This document shows, one piece after another, positions 28,301 through 41,400 of a stretch of DNA of 64,000 nucleotides. Made by a program: the position numbers and the translations under genes. The notes beneath the pieces were generated by a model. It was not told the DNA's origin. It ran no database searches and saw only the letters and a list, made by a program, of their open reading frames with translations. How positions within the stretch are numbered: the stretch's first letter is position 1; each line of letters begins with the position of its first letter. Source of the DNA: Eledone cirrhosa (Eukaryota). Location of the stretch: contig OZ024740.1 in assembly GCA_964016885.1 (NCBI GenBank), forward strand, positions 436,356,001-436,420,000. Direction: 5' to 3'.

Positions 28301-31270
28301 AGATGTGAGAGCAGTGTCTTTGTCTCAGATGTGAGAGCAGTGTCATTGTCTTAGATGTGGGAGCAGTGTCATTGTCTCAGATTTGAGAGCAGTGTCATTG
28401 TCTCAGATGTGGGAGCAGTGTCATTGTCTCAGATGTGGGAGCAGTGTCATTGTCTCAGATATGGGAGCAGTGAAATTTTCTCAGATGTGAGAGCAGTGTC
28501 ATTGTCTTAGATGTGGGAGCAGTGTCATTGTCTCAGATTTGAGAGCAGTGTCATTGTCTCAGATGTGGGAGCAGTGTCATTGTCTCAGATGTGGGAGCAG
28601 TGTTATTGTCTCAGTTGTGAGAGCAGTGTCATTGTCTCAGATGTGGGATCAGTGTCATTGTCTCAGATATGGGAGCAGTGAAATTTTCTCAGATGTGAGA
28701 GCAGTGTCATTGTCTCGAATGTGAGAACAGTGTCATTGTCTCAGATGTGAGAGCAGTGTCATTGTCTCAGATGTGGGAGCAGTGTCATTGTCTCAGATGT
28801 GAGAGCAGTGTCTTTGTCTCAGATGTGAGAGCAGTGTCATTGTCTTAGATGTGGGAGCAGTGTCATTGTCTCAGATTTGAGAGCAGTGTCATTGTCTCAG
28901 ATGTGGGAGCAGTGTCATTGTCTCAGATGTGGGAGCAGTGTCATTGTCTCAGATGTGGGAGCAGTGTCATTGTCTCAGATGTGAGAGCAGTGTCATTGTC
29001 TCAGATGTTAGAGCAGTGTCATTGTCTCACATTTGATAGCTGTGTCATTGTCCCAGATGTGAGAGCAGTGTCATTGTCTCAGATGTGGGAGCAGTGTCAT
29101 TGTCTCAGATGTGAGAGCAGTGTCATTGTCTCAGATGTGAGAGCAGTGTCATTGTCTCAGATGTGAGAGAAGTGTCATTGTTTCAGATGTGGGAGCAATG
29201 TCATTGTCTCAGATGTGGGAGCAGTGTCATTGTCGCACATGTTAGAGCAGTGTCATTGTCTCAGATGTGGGAGCAGTGTCATTGTCTCAGATGTGAGAGC
29301 AGTGTCATTGTCACAGATGTGAGAGCAGTGTTATTGTCTCAGATGTGAGAGCAGTGTCATTGTCTCAGATGTGGGAGCAGTGTCATTGTCTCAGATGTGG
29401 GAGCAGTGTCATTGTCTCAGATGTGAGAGCAGTGTCATTGTCTCCGATATGAGAGCAGTGTCGTTGTCTCAGATGTGGGAGCAGTGTCATTGTCACAGAT
29501 GTGGGAGCAGTGTCATTATCTCAGATGTGAGAGCAGTGTCATTGTCTCAGCTGTGAGAGCAGTGTCATGTGTCTCAGATGTGAGAGCAGTGTAATTGTCT
29601 CAGATGTTAGAGCAGTGTCATTGTCTCACATTTGAGAGCAGTGTCATTGTCTCACATTTGAGAGCAGTGTCATCGTCTCAGATGTGAGAGCAGTGTCATT
29701 GTCTCAGATGTGAGAGCAGTGTCATTGTCTCAGATGTGAGAGAAGTGTCATTGTCTCAGATGTGGGAGCAGTGTCATTGTCTCAGATGTAGGAGCAGTGT
29801 CATTGTCTCAGATGTTAGAGCAGTGTCATTGTCTCAGATGTGAGAGCAGTGTCATTTTTTCAGATGTGAGAGCAGTATCATTGTCTCAGATGTGGGAGCA
29901 GTGTCACTGTCTCAAATGTGAGAGCAGTGTTATTGTCTCAGATATGGGAGCAGTGTCATTGTCGCAGATGTGAGAGCAGTGTCATTGTCTCAAATGTGAG
30001 AACAGTGTGATTGTCTCAGATGTGAGAGCAGTGTCATTGTCTAAGATGTGGGAGCAGTGTCATTGTCTCAGATGTGGGAGCAGTGCCATTGTCTCAGATG
30101 TGAGAGCAGTGTCATTGTCTCAGATGTAGGATCAGTGTCATTGTCTCAGATGTGGGAGCAGTGTCATTGTCTCAGATGTGAGAGCAGTGTCATTGTCTCA
30201 GATGTGACAGCAGTGTCATTATCTCAGATGTGAGAGCAGTGTCATTGTCTCAGATGTGGGAGCAGTGTCATTGTCTCAGATGTGGGAGCAGTGTCATTGT
30301 CTAAGATGTGAGAGCAGTGTCATTGTCTCACATGTGGGAGCAGTGTCATTGTCTCAGATGTGAGAGCAGTGTCATTGTCTCAGATGTGGGATCAGTGTCA
30401 TTGTCTCAGATGTGGTAGCAGTGTCATTGTCTCAGATGTGGGAGCAGTGTCATTGTCTCAGATGTAAGAGCAGTGTCATTGTCTCAGATGTGGGAGCAGT
30501 GTCATTGTCTCAGATGTGAGAGTAGTGTTATTGTATCAGATGTGGGAGCAGTGTCATTGTCTCAGATGTGGGAGCAGTGTCATTGTCTCAGATGTGGGAG
30601 CAGTGTCATTGTCTCAGATGTGGGAGCAGTGTCATTGTCTAAGATGTGAGAGCAGTGTCATTGTCTCACATGTGGGAGCAGTGTCATTGTCTCAGATGTG
30701 AGAGCAGTGTCATTGTCTCAGATGTGGGATCAGTGTCATTGTCTCAGATGTGGTAGCAGTGTCATTGTCTCAGATGTGGGAGCAGTGTCATTGTCTCAGA
30801 TGTGAGAGCAGTGTCATTGTCTAAGATGTGAGAGCAGTGTCATTGTCTCAGATGTGGGAGCAGTGTCATTGTCTCAGATGTGAGAGTAGTGTCATTGTCT
30901 CAGATGTGAGAGCAGTGTCATTGTCTCAGATGTGAGAGCAGTGTCATTGTCTCAGATGTGGTAGCAGTGTCATTGTCTCAGATGTGAGAGCAGTGTCATT
31001 ATCTCAGATGTGGGAGCAGTGTCATTGTCTCAGATGTGAGAGTAGTGTTATTGTATCAGATGTGGGAGCAGTGTCATTGTCTCAGATGTGGGAGCAGTGT
31101 CATTGTCTCAGATGTGGGAGCAGTGTCATTGTTTCAGATGTGGGAGCAGTGTCATTGTCTCAGATGTGAGAGCAGTGTCATTGTCTCAGATGTGGGAGCA
31201 GTGTCATTGTCTCAGATATGGGTGCAGTGTCATTGTCTCAGATGTGGGAGCAGTGTCATTGTCTCAGATG
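25400..31270. repeat. Block duplication, offset 3433 bp (132 monomers + 1 bp)
   Basis: ORF pairs 25938/29371, 26615/30048, 27083/30516, 27551/30984 and 27603/31036 are all offset by 3433. Both copies share the doubled CACATTTG monomer and the +1 GTCATGTGTC variant. Confidence 0.85.
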
Positions 31271-32409
31271 TGAGAGCAGTGTCATTGTCTCAGATGTGGG
31301 AGCAGTGTCATTGTCTAAGATGTGAGAGCAGTGTCATTGTCTCACATGTGGGAGCAGTGTCATTGTCTCAGATGTGAGAGCAGTGTCATTGTCTCAGATG
31401 TGGGAGCAGTGTCATTGTCTCAGATGTGGTAGCAGTGTCATTGTCTCAGATGTGAGAGCAGTGTCATTGTCTCAGATGTGTGAACAGTGTCATTGTCTCA
31501 GATGTGAGAGTAGTGTTATTGTCTCAGATGTGGGAGCAGTGTCATTGTCTCAGATGTTAGAGCAGTCAGTGTCATTGTCTCAGATGTGAGAGCAGTGTCT
31601 TTGTCTCAGATGTGAGAGCAGTGTCATTGTCTCAGATGTGGGAGCAGTGTCATTGTCTCAGATGTGAGAGCAGTGTCTTTGTCTCAGATGTGAGAGCAGT
31701 GTCATTGTCTTAGATGTGGGAGCAGTGTCATTGTCTCAGATTTGAGAGCAGTGTCATTGTCTCAGATGTGGGAGCAGTGTCATTGTCTCAGATGTGGGAG
31801 CAGTGTCATTGTCTCAGATGTGGGGGCAGTGTCATTGTCTCAGATGTGAGAGCAGTGTAATTGTCTCAGATGTGAGAACAGTGTCATTGTCTCAGATGTG
31901 GGACCAGTGTCATTGTCTCAGATGTGAGAGCAGTGTCATTGTCTCAGATGTGGGTGCAGTGTCATTGTCTCAGATGTGGGAGCAGTGTCATTGTCTCAGA
32001 TGTGAGAGCAGTGTCATTGTCTCAGATGTGGGAGCAGTGTCATTGTCTAAGATGTGAGAGCAGTGTCATTGTCTCACATGTGGGAGCAGTGTCATTGTCT
32101 CAGATGTGAGAGCAGTGTCATTGTCTCAGATGTGGGATCAGTGTCATTGTCTCAGATGTGGTAGCAGTGTCATTGTCTCAGATGTGAGAGCAGTGTCATT
32201 GTCTCAGATGTGAGAGCAGTGTCATTGTCTCAGATGTGGGAGCAGTGTCATTGTCTCAGATGTGAGAGTAGTGTCATTGTCTCAGATGTGAGAGCAGTGT
32301 CATTGTCTCAGATGTGAGAGCAGTGTCATTGTCTCAGATGTGGTAGCAGTGTCATTGTCTCAGATGTGGGAGCAGTGTCATTGTCTCAGATGTGAGAGTA
32401 GTGTTATTG

Positions 32410-35400
32410 TATCAGATGTGGGAGCAGTGTCATTGTCTCAGATGTTTGAGCAGTCAGTGTCATTGTCTCAGATGTGAGAGCAGTGTCTTTGTCTCAGATG
32501 TGAGAGCAGTGTCATTGTCTCAGATGTGGGGGCAGTGTCATTGTCTCAGATGTGAGAGCAGTGTCTTTGTGTCAGATGTGAGAGCAGTGTCATTGTCTTA
32601 GATGTGGGAGCAGTGTCATTGTCTCAGATTTGAGAGCAGTGTCATTGTCTCAGATGTGGGAGCAGTGTCATTGTCTCAGATGTGGGAGCAGTGTTATTGT
32701 CTCAGTTGTGAGAGCAGTGTCATTGTCTCAGATGTGGGAGCAGTGTCATTGTCTCAGATATGGGTGCAGTGTCATTGTCTCAGATGTGGGAGCAGTGTCA
32801 TTGTCTCAGATGTGAGAGCAGTGTCATTGTCTCAGATGTGGGAGCAGTGTCATTGTCTCAGATGTGGTAGCAGTGTCATTGTCTCAGATGTGAGAGCAGT
32901 GTCATTGTCTCAGATGTGTGAACAGTGTCATTGTCTCAGATGTGAGAGTAGTGTTATTGTCTCAGATGTGGGAGCAGTGTCATTGTCTCAGATGTTAGAG
33001 CAGTCAGTGTCATTGTCTCAGATGTGAGAGCAGTGTCTTTGTCTCAGATGTGAGAGCAGTGTCATTGTCTCAGATGTGGGAGCAGTGTCATTGTCTCAGA
33101 TGTGAGAGCAGTGTCTTTGTCTCAGATGTGAGAGCAGTGTCATTGTCTTAGATGTGGGAGCAGTGTCATTGTCTCAGATTTGAGAGCAGTGTCATTGTCT
33201 CAGATGTGGGAGCAGTGTCATTGTCTCAGATGTGGGAGCAGTGTCATTGTCTCAGATGTGGGGGCAGTGTCATTGTCTCAGATGTGAGAGCAGTGTAATT
33301 GTCTCAGATGTGAGAACAGTGTCATTGTCTCAGATGTGGGACCAGTGTCATTGTCTCAGATGTGAGAGCAGTGTCATTGTCTCAGATGTGGGTGCAGTGT
33401 CATTGTCTCAGATGTGGGAGCAGTGTCATTGTCTCAGATGTGAGAGCAGTGTCATTGTCTCAGATGTGGGAGCAGTGTCATTGTCTAAGATGTGAGAGCA
33501 GTGTCATTGTCTCACATGTGGGAGCAGTGTCATTGTCTCAGATGTGAGAGCAGTGTCATTGTCTCAGATGTGGGATCAGTGTCATTGTCTCAGATGTGGT
33601 AGCAGTGTCATTGTCTCAGATGTGGGAGCAGTGTCATTGTCTCAGATGTGAGAGCAGTGTCATTGTCTCAGATGTGAGAGCAGTGTCATTGTCTCAGATG
33701 TGGGAGCAGTGTCATTGTCTCAGATGTGAGAGTAGTGTCATTGTCTCAGATGTGAGAGCAGTGTCATTGTCTCAGATGTGAGAGCAGTGTCATTGTCTCA
33801 GATGTGGTAGCAGTGTCATTGTCTCAGATGTGGGAGCAGTGTCATTGTCTCAGATGTGAGAGTAGTGTTATTGTATCAGATGTGGGAGCAGTGTCATTGT
33901 CTCAGATGTTTGAACAGTCAGTGTCATTGTCTCAGATGTGAGAGCAGTGTCTTTGTCTCAGATGTGAGAGCAGTGTCATTGTCTCAGATGTGGGGGCAGT
34001 GTCATTGTCTCAGATGTGAGAGCAGTGTCTTTGTCTCAGATGTGAGAGCAGTGTCATTGTCTTAGATGTGGGAGCAGTGTCATTGTCTCAGATTTGAGAG
34101 CAGTGTCATTGTCTCAGATGTGGGAGCAGTGTCATTGTCTCATATGTGGGAGCAGTGTCATTGTCTCAGATGTGGGAGCAGTGTTATTGTCTCAGTTGTG
34201 AGAGCAGTGTCATTGTCTCAGATGTGGGAGCAGTGTCATTGTCTCAGATATGGGAGCAGTGAAATTTTCTCAGATGTGAGAGCAGTGTCATTGTCTCGAA
34301 TGTGAGAACAGTGTCATTGTCTCAGATGTGTGAGCAGTGTCATTGTCTCAGATGTGGGAGCAGTGTCATTGTCTCAGATGTGAGAGCAGTGTCTTTGTCT
34401 CAGATGTGAGAGCAGTGTCATTGTCTCAGATGTGGGAGCAGTGTCATTGTCTCAGATGTGAGAGCAGTGTCTTTGTCTCAGATGTGAGAGCAGTGTCATT
34501 GTCTTAGATGTGGGAGCAGTGTCATTGTCTCAGATTTGAGAGCAGTGTCATTGTCTCAGATGTGGGAGCAGTGTCATTGTCTCAGATGTGGGAGCAGTGT
34601 CATTGTCTCAGATGTGGGAGCAGTGTCATTGTCTCAGATGTGGGAGCAGTGTTATTGTCTCAGTTGTGAGAGCAGTGTCATTGTCTCAGATGTGGGAGCA
34701 GTGTCATTGTCTCAGATATGGGAGCAGTGAAATTTTCTCAGATGTGAGAGCAGTGTCATTGTCTTAGATGTGGGAGCAGTGTCATTGTCTCAGATTTGAG
34801 AGCAGTGTCATTGTCTCAGATGTGGGAGCAGTGTCATTGTCTCAGATGTGGGAGCAGTGTCATTGTCTCAGATGTGGGAGCAGTGTCATTGTCTCAGATG
34901 TGGGAGCAGTGTTATTGTCTCAGTTGTGAGAGCAGTGTCATTGTCTCAGATGTGGGAGCAGTGTCATTGTCTCAGATATGGGAGCAGTGAAATTTTCTCA
35001 GATGTGAGAGCAGTGTCATTGTCTCGAATGTGAGAACAGTGTCATTGTCTCAGATGTGAGAGCAGTGTCATTGTCTCAGATGTGGGAGCAGTGTCATTGT
35101 CTCAGATGTGAGAGCAGTGTCTTTGTCTCAGATGTGAGAGCAGTGTCATTGTCTCAGATGTGGGAGCAGTGTCTTTGTCTCAGATGTGAGAGCTGTGTCT
35201 TTGTCTCAGATGTGAGAGCAGTGTCATTGTCTTAGATGTGGGAGCAGTGTCATTGTCTCAGATTTGAGAGCAGTGTCATTGTCTCAGATGTGGGAGCAGT
35301 GTCATTGTCTCAGATGTGGGAGCAGTGTCATTGTCTCAGATGTGGGAGCAGTGTCATTGTCTCAGATGTGAGAGCAGTGTCATTGTCTCAGATGTTAGAG

Positions 35401-38400
35401 CAGTGTCATTGTCTCACATTTGAGAGCTGTGTCATTGTCCCAGATGTGAGAGCAGTGTCATTGTCTCAGATGTGGGAGCAGTGTCATTGTCTCAGATGTG
35501 AGAGCAGTGTCATTGTCTCAGATGTGAGAGCAGTGTCATTGTCTCAGATGTGAGAGAAGTGTCATTGTTTCAGATGTGGGAGCAATGTCATTGTCTCAGA
35601 TGTGGGAGCAGTGTCATTGTCGCACATGTTAGAGCAGTGTCATTGTCTCAGATGTGGGAGCAGTGTCATTGTCTCAGATGTGAGAGCAGTGTCATTGTCA
35701 CAGATGTGAGAGCAGTGTCATTGTCTCAGATGTGAGAGCAGTGTCATTGTCTCAGATGTGGGAGCAGTGTCATTGTCTCAGATGTGGGAGCAGTGTCATT
35801 GTCTCAGATGTGAGAGCAGTGTCATTGTCTCCGATATGAGAGCAGTGTCGTTGTCTCAGATGTGGGAGCAGTGTCATTGTCACAGATGTGGGAGCAGTGT
35901 CATTGTCTCAGATGTGAGAGCAGTGTCATTGTCTCAGCTGTGAGAGCAGTGTCATGTGTCTCAGATGTGAGAGCAGTGTAATTGTCTCAGATTTTAGAGC
36001 AGTGTCATTGTCTCACATTTGAGAGCAGTGTCATTGTCTCAGATGTGAGAGCAGTGTCATTGTCTCAGATGTGGGAGCAGTGTCATTGTCTCAGATGTGA
36101 GAGCAGTGTCATTGTCTCAGATGTGAGAGCAGTGTCATTGTCTCAGATGTGAGAGAAGTGTCATTGTCTCAGATGTGGGAGCAGTGTCATTGTCTCAGAT
36201 GTAGGAGCAGTGTCATTGTCTCAGATGTTAGAGCAGTGTCATTGTCTCAGATGTGAGAGCAGTGTCATTTTTTCAGATGTGAGAGCAGTATCATTGTCTC
36301 AGATGTGGGAGCAGTGTCACTGTCTCAAATGTGAGAGCAGTGTCATTGTCTCAGATATGGGAGCAGTGTCATTGTCGCAGATGTGAGAGCAGTGTCATTG
36401 TCTCAAATGTGAGAACAGTGTGATTGTCTCAAATGTGAGAGCAGTGTCATTGTCTCAGATATGGGAGCAGTGTCATTGTCGCAGATGTGAGAGCAGTGTC
36501 ATTGTCTAAGATGTGGGAGCAGTGTCATTGTCTCAGATGTGGGAGCAGTGCCATTGTCTCAGATGTGAGAGCAGTGTCATTGTCTCAGATGTGACAGCAG
36601 TGTCATTGTCTCAGATGTGAGAGCAGTGTCATTGTCTCAGATGTGGGAGCAGTGTCATTGTCTCAGATGTGGGAGCAGTGTCATTGTCTCAGATGTGAGA
36701 GCAGTGTCATTGTCTCAGATGTGGGAGCAGTGTCATTGTCTCAGATGTGAGAGCAGTGACATTGTCTCAGATGTGACAGCAGTGTCATTGTCTCAGATGT
36801 GAGAGCAGTGTCATTGTCTCAGATGTGGGAGCAGTGTCATTGTCTCAGATGTGGGAGCAGTGTCATTGTCTCAGATGTGAGAGCAGTGTCATTGTCTCAG
36901 AAGTGAGAGCAGTGTCATTGTCTCAGATATGAGAGCAGTGTCATTGTCTCAGATGTGAGAGCAGTGTAATTGTCTCAGATTTGGGAGCAGTGTCATTGTC
37001 TCAGATGTGAGAGCAGTGTCATTGTCTCAGATGTGGGAGCAGTGTCATTGTCCCAGATGTGAGAGCAGTGTCATTTTCTCAGATGTGGGAGCAGTGTCAT
37101 TGTCTCAGATGTGAGAGCAGTGTCATTGTCTCAGATGTGGGAGCAGTGTCATTGTCTCAGATGTGGTAGCAGTGTCATTGTCTCAGATGTGAGAGCAGTG
37201 TCATTGTCTCAGGTGTGAGAGCAGTGTCATTGTCTCAGATGTGAGATAAGTGTCATTGTCTCAGATGTGGGAGCAGTGTCATTGTCTCAGATGTGAGAGA
37301 AGTGTCATTGTTTCAGATGTGGGAGCAATGTCATTGTCTCAGATGTGGGAGCAGTGTCATTGTCGCACATGTTAGAGCAGTGTCATTGTCTCAGATGTGG
37401 GAGCAGTGTCATTGTCTCAGATGTGAGAGCAGTGTCATTGTCACAGATGTGAGAGCAGTGTCATTGTCTCAGATGTGAGAGCAGTGTCATTGTCTCAGAT
37501 GTGAGAGCAGTGACATTGTCTCAGATGTGACAGCAGTGTCATTGTCTCAGATGTGAGAGCAGTGTCATTGTCTCAGATGTGGGAGCAGTGTCATTGTCTC
37601 AGATGTGAGAGCAGTGTCATTGTCTCCGATATGAGAGCAGTGTCGTTGTCTCAGATGTGGGAGCAGTGTCATTGTCACAGATGTGGGAGCAGTGTCATTG
37701 TCTCAGATGTGAGAGCAGTGTCATGTGTCTCAGATGTGAGAGCAGTGTAATTGTCTCAGATGTTAGAGCAGTGTCATTGTCTCACATTTGAGAGCAGTGT
37801 CATTGTCTCAGATGTGAGAGCAGTGTCATTGTCTCAGATGTGGGAGCAGTGTCATTGTCTCAGATGTGAGAGCAGTGTCATTGTCTCAGATGTGAGAGCA
37901 GTGTCATTGTCTCAGATGTGAGAGAAGTGTCATTGTCTCAGATGTGGGAGCAGTGTCATTGTCTCAGATGTAGGAGCAGTGTCATTGTCTCAGATGTTAG
38001 AGCAGTGTCATTGTCTCAGATGTGAGAGCAGTGTCATTTTTTCAGATGTGAGAGCAGTATCATTGTCTCAGATGTGGGAGCAGTGTCACTGTCTCAAATG
38101 TGAGAGCAGTGTCATTGTCTCAGATATGGGAGCAGTGTCATTGTCGCAGATGTGAGAGCAGTGTCATTGTCTCAAATGTGAGAACAGTGTGATTGTCTCA
38201 GATGTGAGAGCAGTGTCATTGTCTAAGATGTGGGAGCAGTGTCATTGTCTCAGATGTGGGAGCAGTGCCATTGTCTCAGATGTGAGAGCAGTGTCATTGT
38301 CTCAGATGTAGGATCAGTGTCATTGTCTCAGATGTGGGAGCAGTGTCATTGTCTCAGATGTGAGAGCAGTGTCATTGTCTCAGATGTGACAGCAGTGTCA

Positions 38401-41400
38401 TTGTCTCAGATGTGAGAGCAGTGTCATTGTCTCAGATGTGGGAGCAGTGTCATTGTCTCAGATGTGGGAGCAGTGTCATTGTCTAAGATGTGAGAGCAGT
38501 GTCATTGTCTCACATGTGGGAGCAGTGTCATTGTCTCAGATGTGAGAGCAGTGTCATTGTCTCAGATGTGGGATCAGTGTCATTGTCTCAGATGTGGTAG
38601 CAGTGTCATTGTCTCAGATGTGGGAGCAGTGTCATTGTTTCAGATGTGAGAGCAGTGTCATTGTCTCAGATGTGGGAGCAGTGTCATTGTTTCAGATGTG
38701 AGAGCAGTGTCATTGTCTCAGATGTGGGAGCAGTGTCATTGTCTCAGATGTTTGAGCAGTCAGTGTCATTGTCTCAGATGTGAGAGCAGTGTCTTTGTCT
38801 CAGATGTGAGAGCAGTGTCATTGTCTCAGATGTGGGGGCAGTGTCATTGTCTCAGATGTGAGAGCAGTGTCTTTGTGTCAGATGTGAGAGCAGTGTCATT
38901 GTCTTAGATGTGGGAGCAGTGTCATTGTCTCAGATTTGAGAGCAGTGTCATTGTCTCAGATGTGGGAGCAGTGTCATTGTCTCAGATGTGGGAGCAGTGT
39001 TATTGTCTCAGTTGTGAGAGCAGTGTCATTGTCTCAGATGTGGGAGCAGTGTCATTGTCTCAGATATGGGTGCAGTGTCATTGTCTCAGATGTGGGAGCA
39101 GTGTCATTGTCTCAGATGTGAGAGCAGTGTCATTGTCTCAGATGTGGGAGCAGTGTCATTGTCTCAGATGTGGTAGCAGTGTCATTGTCTCAGATGTGAG
39201 AGCAGTGTCATTGTCTCAGATGTGTGAACAGTGTCATTGTCTCAGATGTGAGAGTAGTGTTATTGTCTCAGATGTGGGAGCAGTGTCATTGTCTCAGATG
39301 TTAGAGCAGTCAGTGTCATTGTCTCAGATGTGAGAGCAGTGTCTTTGTCTCAGATGTGAGAGCAGTGTCATTGTCTCAGATGTGGGAGCAGTGTCATTGT
39401 CTCAGATGTGAGAGCAGTGTCTTTGTCTCAGATGTGAGAGCAGTGTCATTGTCTTAGATGTGGGAGCAGTGTCATTGTCTCAGATTTGAGAGCAGTGTCA
39501 TTGTCTCAGATGTGGGAGCAGTGTCATTGTCTCAGATGTGGGAGCAGTGTCATTGTCTCAGATGTGGGGGCAGTGTCATTGTCTCAGATGTGAGAGCAGT
39601 GTAATTGTCTCAGATGTGAGAACAGTGTCATTGTCTCAGATGTGGGACCAGTGTCATTGTCTCAGATGTGAGAGCAGTGTCATTGTCTCAGATGTGGGTG
39701 CAGTGTCATTGTCTCAGATGTGGGAGCAGTGTCATTGTCTCAGATGTGAGAGCAGTGTCATTGTCTCAGATGTGGGAGCAGTGTCATTGTCTAAGATGTG
39801 AGAGCAGTGTCATTGTCTCACATGTGGGAGCAGTGTCATTGTCTCAGATGTGAGAGCAGTGTCATTGTCTCAGATGTGGGATCAGTGTCATTGTCTCAGA
39901 TGTGGTAGCAGTGTCATTGTCTCAGATGTGGGAGCAGTGTCATTGTCTCAGATGTGAGAGCAGTGTCATTGTCTCAGATGTGAGAGCAGTGTCATTGTCT
40001 CAGATGTGGGAGCAGTGTCATTGTCTCAGATGTGAGAGTAGTGTCATTGTCTCAGATGTGAGAGCAGTGTCATTGTCTCAGATGTGAGAGCAGTGTCATT
40101 GTCTCAGATGTGGTAGCAGTGTCATTGTCTCAGATGTGGGAGCAGTGTCATTGTCTCAGATGTGAGAGTAGTGTTATTGTATCAGATGTGGGAGCAGTGT
40201 CATTGTCTCAGATGTTTGAACAGTCAGTGTCATTGTCTCAGATGTGAGAGCAGTGTCTTTGTCTCAGATGTGAGAGCAGTGTCATTGTCTCAGATGTGGG
40301 GGCAGTGTCATTGTCTCAGATGTGAGAGCAGTGTCTTTGTCTCAGATGTGAGAGCAGTGTCATTGTCTTAGATGTGGGAGCAGTGTCATTGTCTCAGATT
40401 TGAGAGCAGTGTCATTGTCTCAGATGTGGGAGCAGTGTCATTGTCTCATATGTGGGAGCAGTGTCATTGTCTCAGATGTGGGAGCAGTGTTATTGTCTCA
40501 GTTGTGAGAGCAGTGTCATTGTCTCAGATGTGGGAGCAGTGTCATTGTCTCAGATATGGGAGCAGTGAAATTTTCTCAGATGTGAGAGCAGTGTCATTGT
40601 CTCGAATGTGAGAACAGTGTCATTGTCTCAGATGTGTGAGCAGTGTCATTGTCTCAGATGTGGGAGCAGTGTCATTGTCTCAGATGTGAGAGCAGTGTCT
40701 TTGTCTCAGATGTGAGAGCAGTGTCATTGTCTCAGATGTGGGAGCAGTGTCATTGTCTCAGATGTGAGAGCAGTGTCTTTGTCTCAGATGTGAGAGCAGT
40801 GTCATTGTCTTAGATGTGGGAGCAGTGTCATTGTCTCAGATTTGAGAGCAGTGTCATTGTCTCAGATGTGGGAGCAGTGTCATTGTCTCAGATGTGGGAG
40901 CAGTGTCATTGTCTCAGATGTGGGAGCAGTGTCATTGTCTCAGATGTGGGAGCAGTGTTATTGTCTCAGTTGTGAGAGCAGTGTCATTGTCTCAGATGTG
41001 GGAGCAGTGTCATTGTCTCAGATATGGGAGCAGTGAAATTTTCTCAGATGTGAGAGCAGTGTCATTGTCTTAGATGTGGGAGCAGTGTCATTGTCTCAGA
41101 TTTGAGAGCAGTGTCATTGTCTCAGATGTGGGAGCAGTGTCATTGTCTCAGATGTGGGAGCAGTGTCATTGTCTCAGATGTGGGAGCAGTGTCATTGTCT
41201 CAGATGTGGGAGCAGTGTTATTGTCTCAGTTGTGAGAGCAGTGTCATTGTCTCAGATGTGGGAGCAGTGTCATTGTCTCAGATATGGGAGCAGTGAAATT
41301 TTCTCAGATGTGAGAGCAGTGTCATTGTCTCGAATGTGAGAACAGTGTCATTGTCTCAGATGTGAGAGCAGTGTCATTGTCTCAGATGTGGGAGCAGTGT

